Shown piece after piece: positions 1 through 6,627 of a stretch of DNA of 48,380 nt. How positions within the stretch are numbered: position 1 is the stretch's first letter; the number at the start of each line of letters is the position of its first letter. The DNA is from a virus, in the IMG/VR virus record IMGVR_UViG_3300039344_000030, positions 1 to 48,380 of that record, one strand, 5' to 3'. The notes under the pieces were generated by a model, which saw only the letters and a program-made list of their open reading frames with translations, did not search any database and was not told the origin of the DNA. Both the position numbers and the translations under genes were made by a program.

Positions 1-99
1 GAAACAGATTGCAAACAACTTGTGCAAGCAGAGGGGAATCGACATCAATGAAGCATATGCACAGTTTGAGCAACAGTTTTCTGGAATGATGGGAAAACA
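1..99. repeat. Terminal direct repeat, exact copy of 48282..48380. Either a circular-assembly overlap or a short terminal redundancy.
   Basis: 99/99 nt identical to the last 99 nt of the window. The repeat lies inside an ORF that continues across the junction. Confidence 0.95.
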
Positions 100-124
100 A
101 AACAATCATGGTATAAACCGATAA
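2..124 (+). CDS. 3' part of a small junction-spanning ORF that starts at 48190. Hypothetical helical protein of about 71 aa.
   Basis: The frame continues from 48190..48380 through the repeat to TAA 122-124. Peptide ends ...QIANNLCKQRGIDINEAYAQFEQQFSGMMGKQNNHGINR. Confidence 0.6.
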   Translation, partial: KQIANNLCKQRGIDINEAYAQFEQQFSGMMGKQNNHGINR

Positions 125-164
125 TGGTTTATATAAATAAAATAATTTAAAGGAGGTACATACT

Positions 165-881
165 ATGGGTATGGACGGAAGCGGTTTAAGTGTAGCAGAT
201 GCTCTGGCATTACAGAGAGATGGCTATGACAACGATGGCATGTTTGGTGGTAATGGTTCTTGGGTGTTCTTCCTGTTTTTCCTGCTCGCTTGGGGAGGCG
301 GTGGCTTCGGATGGGGCAATCGTGGTGGAGAACAGGTTGCAACAAGCGCAGAGGTGCAGAGAGGATTTGACAACCAGAATGTTATGAACAAATTGAATGG
401 TCTGGAAAATGGTCTTTGCGATGGATTCTATGCACAGAACACAACAATGCTGAATGGTTTCAATGGCGTACAGCGTGACCTTTGTTCTGGATTCGCAGGA
501 GTAAATGCGGCAATCAACCAGAGCAGATTTGATGCCCAGCAGTGTTGCTGTGAAACAAACAGAAACATTGACAGTGCGAAGTTCCAGTTAAGTCAGTGTT
601 GCTGTGACATCATGCAGAACAATGACAGAAACACACAGAGAATCATCGACCACATGACACAGAACGAAGTTCAGACGTTGCGTGACCAGTTACAGACAGC
701 GAACTTCCAGTTATCACAGCAGGCGCAGAGCGCAAACATTATCGGTCAGTTAAGACCGACACCAACACCTGCATATCTGACCTGTTCTCCGTATGAATCT
801 AACATCTACGCAAGTAGAGGATTCTATGGAAACGGATGGTTCAACAATGGATGTTACAACAATGGTTGTGGATGTTGCTAA
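165..881 (+). CDS. Cys/Gly/Asn/Gln-rich single-pass membrane protein, unknown function
   Basis: SD AAAGGAGG 8 nt upstream. TM segment WVFFLFFLLAW flanked by G-rich runs. Duplicated QCCC(E/D) motif, duplicated FQLSQ, C-terminal GCYNNGCGCC. Confidence 0.75.
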   Translation: MGMDGSGLSVADALALQRDGYDNDGMFGGNGSWVFFLFFLLAWGGGGFGWGNRGGEQVATSAEVQRGFDNQNVMNKLNGLENGLCDGFYAQNTTMLNGFNGVQRDLCSGFAGVNAAINQSRFDAQQCCCETNRNIDSAKFQLSQCCCDIMQNNDRNTQRIIDHMTQNEVQTLRDQLQTANFQLSQQAQSANIIGQLRPTPTPAYLTCSPYESNIYASRGFYGNGWFNNGCYNNGCGCC

Positions 882-912
882 GTAAACAATCCGCTGTATA
901 GCGTGAGTTATG

Positions 913-940
913 GGGCGGTTAATCACCGCCCTTTTGTTTT
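913..940 (+). terminator. Rho-independent terminator
   Basis: GGGCGGT-loop-ACCGCCC followed by TTTTGTTTT. Confidence 0.75.
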
Positions 941-964
941 GATTAAGCAAAGGAGGATAAAAAC

Positions 965-1354
965 ATGGCTTGTAGTTTATACAATAACAATGGTTTTGGT
1001 TGTGGAGGATGTGAGCATTTTGTTCGGACAAACAGCGTAACACTTGTAGATTCTGTTTTGGTTCTGAACATTCCGCAGAAAACGTACAGTAACAAAGAAA
1101 AGGTTTGTATCTGTGTTGCACAGGCGTTACCGAATATAACATCTGCACAGACGGTAGCAATCACAATCGGAACTGGAACAACACAGTATCCGTTAAGAAC
1201 AAAGTGCGGAAACAATGTTTATGCAGACCAAATTCGTAGCAGAAGGGTATATCATACCAATGTGGCAACAGATACCGCTTCTTTTGTTGTTCCTGCTTGT
1301 GAACTGTGCAAAACGGGCTTTAATTTCCCTACAATCCCTGCAACGACAGCGTAG
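965..1354 (+). CDS. Hypothetical protein with Cys-Gly-rich N-terminus (FGCGGCEH)
   Basis: SD AAAGGAGG then ATG. 129-aa ORF immediately after the terminator. Confidence 0.65.
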   Translation: MACSLYNNNGFGCGGCEHFVRTNSVTLVDSVLVLNIPQKTYSNKEKVCICVAQALPNITSAQTVAITIGTGTTQYPLRTKCGNNVYADQIRSRRVYHTNVATDTASFVVPACELCKTGFNFPTIPATTA

Positions 1355-1363
1355 GTGTTTAAC

Positions 1364-1585
1364 GTGGGTAACGACAATGGATGGTTTAATCAACGGACTT
1401 TAGACGCAATGGCTTTTATCGGGTTTATGATAGGTTTGCAAACTATGAGGAAAACCTGTCCCAAAGTGATGTACAGGACATGATAAAAGGGGGCATTGCG
1501 AGATGTACATGAACATCTGGAAGAACAGGACAATAAGATAGACCATATCATAGAATTGTTGGAAGGAGGGAAAGAGAATGCTTGA
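1364..1585 (+). pseudogene. Coding-like stretch split over three frame segments: 1364-1438 (frame 2), 1438-1500 (frame 1), 1496-1585 (frame 2). Possibly a disrupted small membrane/coiled-coil gene.
   Basis: GTG 1364 follows AGGTG. The segments read VGNDNGWFNQRTLDAMAFIGFMIGL / ANYEENLSQSDVQDMIKG / RDVHEHLEEQDNKIDHIIELLEGGKENA. The second junction is at a G5 run (1489-1493). Confidence 0.3.
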
Positions 1586-2171
1586 CAAAGAACAGTTGAA
1601 AGAGTTATCATGTATGGAGATATATGCAGAGATAGACAAACACATGACAGCGGCTCTGATGTTTCATTCTGGAATGAGCGACTATTTTAACTTTATCGGT
1701 TTGCATGGGTTCAAGAGAGTACATGAATTACAGTATTATGAGGAATCCATCGGAAAGCGGAAGTTGCACAAAAAGGTGTTGGATATTCATAACAAATTGA
1801 TACCGATAAAAGGACATGAAAAACCAGAGGTAATTCCGAAGGAATGGTACAATCATACCAGAATGGATATTGACGACAGTGTGCTGACAAAGTTTGTTCG
1901 CTCTGCCATGAAACAATACAAAGAGTGGGAAGAGGAAACAAAGAAGTTTTATGAAGCGGTGTGTTGTGTGTTCTATGAAAAGGGGTGGCTCATTGATTAC
2001 AATTTGATGATGTGTTACCTTGAAGATGTGCAACATGAACTCAAAAAGATTTACAGAATGTGTGAGGAACTCAATGGAACAGGGTATGATGTTCTGTACA
2101 TTGTGGAGATACAGAAGAAAATCCATGAAGAGTACAAAGAGAAAATGAAGAAGTTGAAAGTGCAGAAATAA
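1578..2171 (+). CDS. Four-helix-bundle, ferritin-like protein (putative)
   Basis: SD GGAAGGAGGG. Ferritin-like spacing: GLHGFKRVHELQYYEE...KLHKKVL and DYNLMMCYLEDVQHELKKIY. Confidence 0.45.
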   Translation: MLDKEQLKELSCMEIYAEIDKHMTAALMFHSGMSDYFNFIGLHGFKRVHELQYYEESIGKRKLHKKVLDIHNKLIPIKGHEKPEVIPKEWYNHTRMDIDDSVLTKFVRSAMKQYKEWEEETKKFYEAVCCVFYEKGWLIDYNLMMCYLEDVQHELKKIYRMCEELNGTGYDVLYIVEIQKKIHEEYKEKMKKLKVQK

Positions 2172-2217
2172 AACAAGAGTGTGAGAACATGAAAAGAACA
2201 AAACAAAGAACATGAAA

Positions 2218-2258
2218 TAGGCTTACTTGTAATTGTTACAGGTAGGCTTATTTTTTTT
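2218..2258 (+). terminator. Strong rho-independent terminator closing the late/accessory transcription unit
   Basis: About 15-bp stem (TAGGCTTACTTGTAA / TTACAGGTAGGCTTA, a few G-U pairs) followed by T8. Confidence 0.85.
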
Positions 2259-2279
2259 GAATTTTTTTACAAAAATGTA

Positions 2280-2314
2280 TTGACGAACACAGAAAAGTGT
2301 GGTAAGATAGAATC
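2280..2314 (+). promoter_or_regulatory. Sigma-A-type promoter
   Basis: TTGACG-17-TAAGAT with upstream TG, followed by AGAATC. Confidence 0.6.
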
Positions 2315-2371
2315 AAGTTAAGGGAAGGGATTTCCCAAGAGAGAAAACAAAACGAGAAGGAGAACAAAGAA

Positions 2372-2647
2372 ATGATGCAGAGATTTACAAGAACAAAACA
2401 TGTGGAGTTAAACATTTACAGTGAGTGCAAGTACACAGCAAGCGAAGAAGTATTTGAAAACCAGAAGGTTGTGGAGTATGAAAATGTAATCGGGTTTGAA
2501 GTGGTTGCAGGAGAACAGGCGAAGGAAATCGAAACACACACAGATGAAAGTTGCATAGATGATATGCACGAATACCTTGTGTTATATTTTGAGAATGGAG
2601 AGACATCCACATTCAGAAATAGTTATGTTGATATGTTTGCTTGGTAG
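2372..2647 (+). CDS. Hypothetical early protein
   Basis: SD GAAGGAG, 91-aa ORF. Confidence 0.65.
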   Translation: MMQRFTRTKHVELNIYSECKYTASEEVFENQKVVEYENVIGFEVVAGEQAKEIETHTDESCIDDMHEYLVLYFENGETSTFRNSYVDMFAW

Positions 2648-2662
2648 AAACAAAAATGGGTG

Positions 2663-2691
2663 TTGACAAGTTCAGCACCCTATGATACAAT
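2663..2691 (+). promoter_or_regulatory. Sigma-A-type promoter
   Basis: TTGACA-17-(TGa)TACAAT. The -35 box lies inside hairpin GGGTG...CACCC. Confidence 0.65.
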
Positions 2692-2733
2692 AGAACTATA
2701 GAAAAGAAAACAAAATAAGGAGTGAACAGAACA

Positions 2734-2910
2734 ATGAAGAAAGTGATTGCAGTTTGTGAAACAAAAATGAATGAATTACCAAACAGTTGTGTGGATTGTA
2801 CATTTTATGGATGTAGTTTACCGTGTTGTGCAAGAGATAACACAAAAATAAAGAAAACGTATTTTAACAAAAGGCATAAAGATTGTCCTTTGAAATTGCA
2901 GGAGGGATAA
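2734..2910 (+). CDS. Small Cys-rich (zinc-binding-like) protein
   Basis: SD AAGGAG 10 nt before ATG 2734. Motifs CVDCTFYGCSLPCC...DCP. The track start at 2722 overlaps the SD. Confidence 0.6.
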   Translation: MKKVIAVCETKMNELPNSCVDCTFYGCSLPCCARDNTKIKKTYFNKRHKDCPLKLQEG

Positions 2911-2911
2911 C

Positions 2912-3070
2912 ATGACACCATTACAGAAGCGTAGGTTAAAAAGGAAGTTCCAGAGGTTCTGGAAAGAATGGGGTATTACATGGGAAGAATTTGAAATGCT
3001 ATTAGGGGCAATGTCTACAATCATGTTCCCATTTTTATTGAGAATATTCCTTGCATTTTTTGGAATTTGA
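2912..3070 (+). CDS. Small membrane protein (52 aa)
   Basis: SD GGAGGG, ATG 2912, basic N-terminus and hydrophobic C-terminus. Below the track length cutoff. Confidence 0.5.
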   Translation: MTPLQKRRLKRKFQRFWKEWGITWEEFEMLLGAMSTIMFPFLLRIFLAFFGI

Positions 3071-3073
3071 CGA

Positions 3074-3102
3074 TTGACAATGTGGTATGTCGGTAGTATA
3101 AT
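3074..3102 (+). promoter_or_regulatory. Sigma-A-type promoter
   Basis: TTGACA-17-TATAAT. Confidence 0.7.
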
Positions 3103-3151
3103 AAAAGTATAAAGTAAATAAATTCAATCAAACAGAAAAGGAGAACAAACA

Positions 3152-3850
3152 ATGAACAAAACATTTGAAGAAATGACAGTGAAGGAGTTAAGGGAAGAGA
3201 GCAGAAAGCGTGGGCTTACGTTGGAGAGTAAAGGACATAAGTTCACAAAACCAGAGTTAATCGAGAGACTTACAAAGTGGGATGCAGAACAGGCTGATAT
3301 TGATGCAGACATTAAGAAAGCAATTGAAGAAGCAGGGCAGGAAACTCTGGTAGACCCCGAAGGTGACGAAGCATGGGGTGATGCAGAGTGTGAGAAGGTG
3401 GAGACTTGTGCAGAGTGTGAACATGCTCCTTGTGAGAACACACCAAAGGTTGAAACAAAAGAAGATGGTTACATTGTGTATGCAAAAACACTGGAAGAAA
3501 TCGAGCAGAAGTATGGAAACAGAAAGAAACAGGAAATCTATGACAACGAGTTAAAGGTTGGCAGTTATGTTGTGTTTGTCCATTATGTGGAGGCGAGAAA
3601 CGGACAGATTTACAAGAAGTTAAGAACAGCGAAGGTTGTGGGAATCAACAGAAAGAAAGAACTTGTCAGAATTGTTACTCTGTTAGGAACAGAGAAAGAA
3701 CTTTCCTTTGATGAATTACTTTACATTAAGGGAAGTGCGAAGAATTGTTCCTACCCGAAGGACATTGCAATGTATCTGAAAGAACAGAGAACAGAGAAAG
3801 GCAAGGTGCTTATCAATGAAAGATTTGCAGAAAACAATGTTGCTGATTAA
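3152..3850 (+). CDS. SAP/HeH-domain DNA-binding protein
   Basis: N-terminal MTVKELREESRKRGLTLE..KPELIERL (SAP / Rho-N-like helix-extended-helix). SD AAAGGAG. Confidence 0.6.
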   Translation: MNKTFEEMTVKELREESRKRGLTLESKGHKFTKPELIERLTKWDAEQADIDADIKKAIEEAGQETLVDPEGDEAWGDAECEKVETCAECEHAPCENTPKVETKEDGYIVYAKTLEEIEQKYGNRKKQEIYDNELKVGSYVVFVHYVEARNGQIYKKLRTAKVVGINRKKELVRIVTLLGTEKELSFDELLYIKGSAKNCSYPKDIAMYLKEQRTEKGKVLINERFAENNVAD

Positions 3851-4358
3851 GGACAGCGTAAGAAAGTTATATGATGCACAACAGGAAAAGAAACAGTTTG
3901 ACAAATACTATGAAGAGGTGAGGAAGAAAGAACAACTTGCCATTTCAAATTTCATGTTTACAAGTCTCCCAAAAGGACAGAACAGTTTTGAAATAGAACT
4001 TGACGAGGGGGCAGGATATTATACAAACCATGTGAAATTGAATGTAACAAGAGTAAGGACAAAAAAAGTGACATGGTTGCTGGACAAGTTAAAACAGAAT
4101 GTCGGGAAAGACATATATAGTGAGGTTGTGAACAAAACATATACAGTAAATGATATGCAGGGTTTGATTCGGTATTTAAAGACATGCGGAGTTGACCCAA
4201 AGAAGTTCAAAAGGTTCATTGATGTGACAGAAGAACTTGACGAAACAAAACTTGATACCTACTATGAAACAGGGGCATTGAAAACAAAAGACATAGAAGG
4301 TTGTTACACTGTGAAGATGGGAGAGCCATACATCAGAATCACAGAGTTAAAGAGGTAA
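3816..4358 (+). CDS. Hypothetical replication-module protein
   Basis: 180-aa ORF with AAGGTG upstream. Overlaps the preceding gene and abuts the primase. Confidence 0.6.
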   Translation: MKDLQKTMLLIKDSVRKLYDAQQEKKQFDKYYEEVRKKEQLAISNFMFTSLPKGQNSFEIELDEGAGYYTNHVKLNVTRVRTKKVTWLLDKLKQNVGKDIYSEVVNKTYTVNDMQGLIRYLKTCGVDPKKFKRFIDVTEELDETKLDTYYETGALKTKDIEGCYTVKMGEPYIRITELKR

Positions 4359-4359
4359 C

Positions 4360-5316
4360 ATGACGAGAGAATATGGAGGGAAAGAACTAGCAAAAGTGCT
4401 TATCTATTATGGATTGATTGCAGATGTTGTAAGTTCTGATTTTAACATCATTTGTCCTTTCCATGAGGATATAAACCCTTCCATGAGGGTGTGCCTAACA
4501 GATGGTTCTTTCTTCTGTTTTGGATGTGAAGCAAAGGGAAATGCCCTAGACTTTGTGAGGAAGGTACATCCAGAATTAAATGAGTTACAAGCGTGTGTTT
4601 TGTTGGAACAAATATTGAACAGTGATGAAGTGAAAAAGTTAAATGTGAAGTATAAGAAGAAAAGAAGATTGCAGAACAAGCAAGCCTTGAATGAAGCACA
4701 TGACTATTATTACGGATTACGAACTGTTGATTGGAATGACATACACACAAAAGAAGAACATGAAGTTTTACAGTATATGAAACAAAGGGGATTTGATGAA
4801 AGAGCATTGAACATTGCACATTGTAAAACAAATTATAATATTGCTTATCCGTTTTTGTTCCCAATATTAGACAATGGGGAGTTCAAAGGATGGGTTGGCA
4901 GAACTATGAACAAGTATGTTGAAAAAAAGCGCAAGTATTTATACAATGATGGTTTTAGAAAGCGAGATACATTGTGCGGAACATATGAACAAAACAAAGT
5001 GGTGTTTGTTTGCGAGGGGTTCATGGACTACCTTAGTTTGAGGACAAGAGGACACATCAAGAATGTTGTTGCTATTTTGGGGTGGCACATATCAGACGAA
5101 CAAGTACAAAAGTTGAAGGATAAAGGAGTAACAACGGTTGTGTCTGCTCTGGATAATGACAAAGCAGGAAATAAGGGTACAGAGTATTTAAAACGGTTTT
5201 TCCATGTGATAAGGTTTGATTATCCAGAAGGAGTAAAGGACGCAGGTGAAATGTCGGAACAAGAGTTAAAAATGGCAATCAGACGGACAAGGAGGGCTTA
5301 TAAACGTGACAGTTAG
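4360..5316 (+). CDS. DnaG-type DNA primase (CHC2 zinc finger plus Toprim)
   Basis: CPFHEDINPSMRV...FFCFGCEAKGNALDFV zinc finger. Toprim-like VFVCEGFMD...SALDNDKAGNKG. Confidence 0.8.
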   Translation: MTREYGGKELAKVLIYYGLIADVVSSDFNIICPFHEDINPSMRVCLTDGSFFCFGCEAKGNALDFVRKVHPELNELQACVLLEQILNSDEVKKLNVKYKKKRRLQNKQALNEAHDYYYGLRTVDWNDIHTKEEHEVLQYMKQRGFDERALNIAHCKTNYNIAYPFLFPILDNGEFKGWVGRTMNKYVEKKRKYLYNDGFRKRDTLCGTYEQNKVVFVCEGFMDYLSLRTRGHIKNVVAILGWHISDEQVQKLKDKGVTTVVSALDNDKAGNKGTEYLKRFFHVIRFDYPEGVKDAGEMSEQELKMAIRRTRRAYKRDS

Positions 5317-5689
5317 TTTTAAGTTGAAGATGGGAATGACGCTGTTCCATGCACAGACCATGAAGGAATTACGGATTGACAAGGTGATAGAACAGAGTTA
5401 TAATGAAGATAGTCAAGAATACAAAGAGTTGTGCAAGGAATATACACAAGTGATAGGATTTGCAAGAGAACTTGACAAAATAGAGTTTGACAAAGAATTG
5501 ATGAAGGAACTAGCAAGAGAGGCGAAGGAAGTACAGAAAGAAACAATTGAACAGATTGAACAGGTTGTAAAGAATTGCTACTATCAAGGAACAACAGCGT
5601 ACATATCTTTTGGTGGGTATATGATTAACCCAAAAGAGTTTTGTGCAATTCGTCTGGATGGGTTCGACATTCAATTCAACAAAAAGTAA
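5306..5689 (+). CDS. Hypothetical protein
   Basis: GTG start 9 nt after AAGGAGGG. Overlaps the primase end by 11 nt. Confidence 0.55.
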   Translation: MTVSFKLKMGMTLFHAQTMKELRIDKVIEQSYNEDSQEYKELCKEYTQVIGFARELDKIEFDKELMKELAREAKEVQKETIEQIEQVVKNCYYQGTTAYISFGGYMINPKEFCAIRLDGFDIQFNKK

Positions 5690-5716
5690 AACAAACAAGA
5701 AAGGAAGAACAAAACA

Positions 5717-6547
5717 ATGGGAAAAATCAAATTAGCAAACATCAAGAATGAGATTAAGAAAAGCGGAACAAGCAAAGGCAAGTTCTTGTTTTTCAAAGAG
5801 GACAGCAAGGTAAGAGTAAGATTCCTCACCGATATGGAAGATGGACTTGAAGTATCTTTCCATGACAGTTTCCAGTTGGGAATCAATGTTCCATGCCAAG
5901 AAGTGTTTGGAAGGGATTGCGAGTATTGCGAGAATGAGGATTTACGGACAAGAAACATGTATGTGTGGAGCGTATACGATTATGAAAGCAAGGAAGTTAA
6001 ACTGCTCATGGCGGCGGTAAACAATTGTTCTCCTGTTCCTGCGCTTGCATCTCTGTATGAAAGTTATGGAACATTGTGCGACAGAGATTATGAGATTAAG
6101 AGAATCGGAAAAGGACAGAACACAACATACAGTGTGATTCCTCTGGAAAAGATGAAGTTCCGAAACACAAAAGTAAAACCAATGTCCGAACAGGCAATGT
6201 TGAAATGTATTGACAAGGCTTATCCTGCGGACAATTCCGAAGATTTTGAGGACGAGGACGAAACACCGAAGAGAAACAAAAAGAAGGGTGCAAAGTCAAA
6301 CAATAAGCCGATAAAAGGAAAGATGAACGAACCAGAGGACGACAATGACGATTGGGATGATGAAGAGGAAGAACAGGACTATGAGAGTATGACAGCAAAA
6401 GAGTTGTTCCAGTTGTGTAAGGACAGAGACATTGAGTGCAAGCCAAAGAAAACAAAAGAATATTATATTGACCTTCTGGAAGAAGCAGACGAGGAAGATT
6501 CTGATGATTGGGATGATGAAGATTCCGATGACGATTGGGAAGATTAG
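5717..6547 (+). CDS. gp32-like single-stranded-DNA-binding protein (putative) with HeH motif and acidic DDW tail
   Basis: H-x10-C-x7-C-x2-C zinc motif resembling T4 gp32. C-terminal acidic tail ...DDWDDEDSDDDWED. Located in the replication module. Confidence 0.5.
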   Translation: MGKIKLANIKNEIKKSGTSKGKFLFFKEDSKVRVRFLTDMEDGLEVSFHDSFQLGINVPCQEVFGRDCEYCENEDLRTRNMYVWSVYDYESKEVKLLMAAVNNCSPVPALASLYESYGTLCDRDYEIKRIGKGQNTTYSVIPLEKMKFRNTKVKPMSEQAMLKCIDKAYPADNSEDFEDEDETPKRNKKKGAKSNNKPIKGKMNEPEDDNDDWDDEEEEQDYESMTAKELFQLCKDRDIECKPKKTKEYYIDLLEEADEEDSDDWDDEDSDDDWED

Positions 6548-6565
6548 AACAAACAAGAACAATTA

Positions 6566-6599
6566 GGGGTTGACAAAATGTCAGCCCTTTTGTTATAAT
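6566..6599 (+). promoter_or_regulatory. Overlapping terminator hairpin and promoter
   Basis: GGGGTTGACA-AAA-TGTCAGCCC + TTTT. The 5' arm holds the -35 TTGACA (6570) and TATAAT is at 6594. Confidence 0.65.
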
Positions 6600-6627
6600 A
6601 AAGGAGTAAGGAAGGAGAACAACAGAA

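Noticed and set aside
1-99. The 99-bp terminal repeat as a genuine phage direct terminal repeat or cos-type end
   Set aside because: The repeat interrupts an ORF that reads seamlessly across the junction, and its length looks like an assembler overlap. I treat it as evidence of circular closure or permutation, not as a biological terminus. This cannot be settled without reads.
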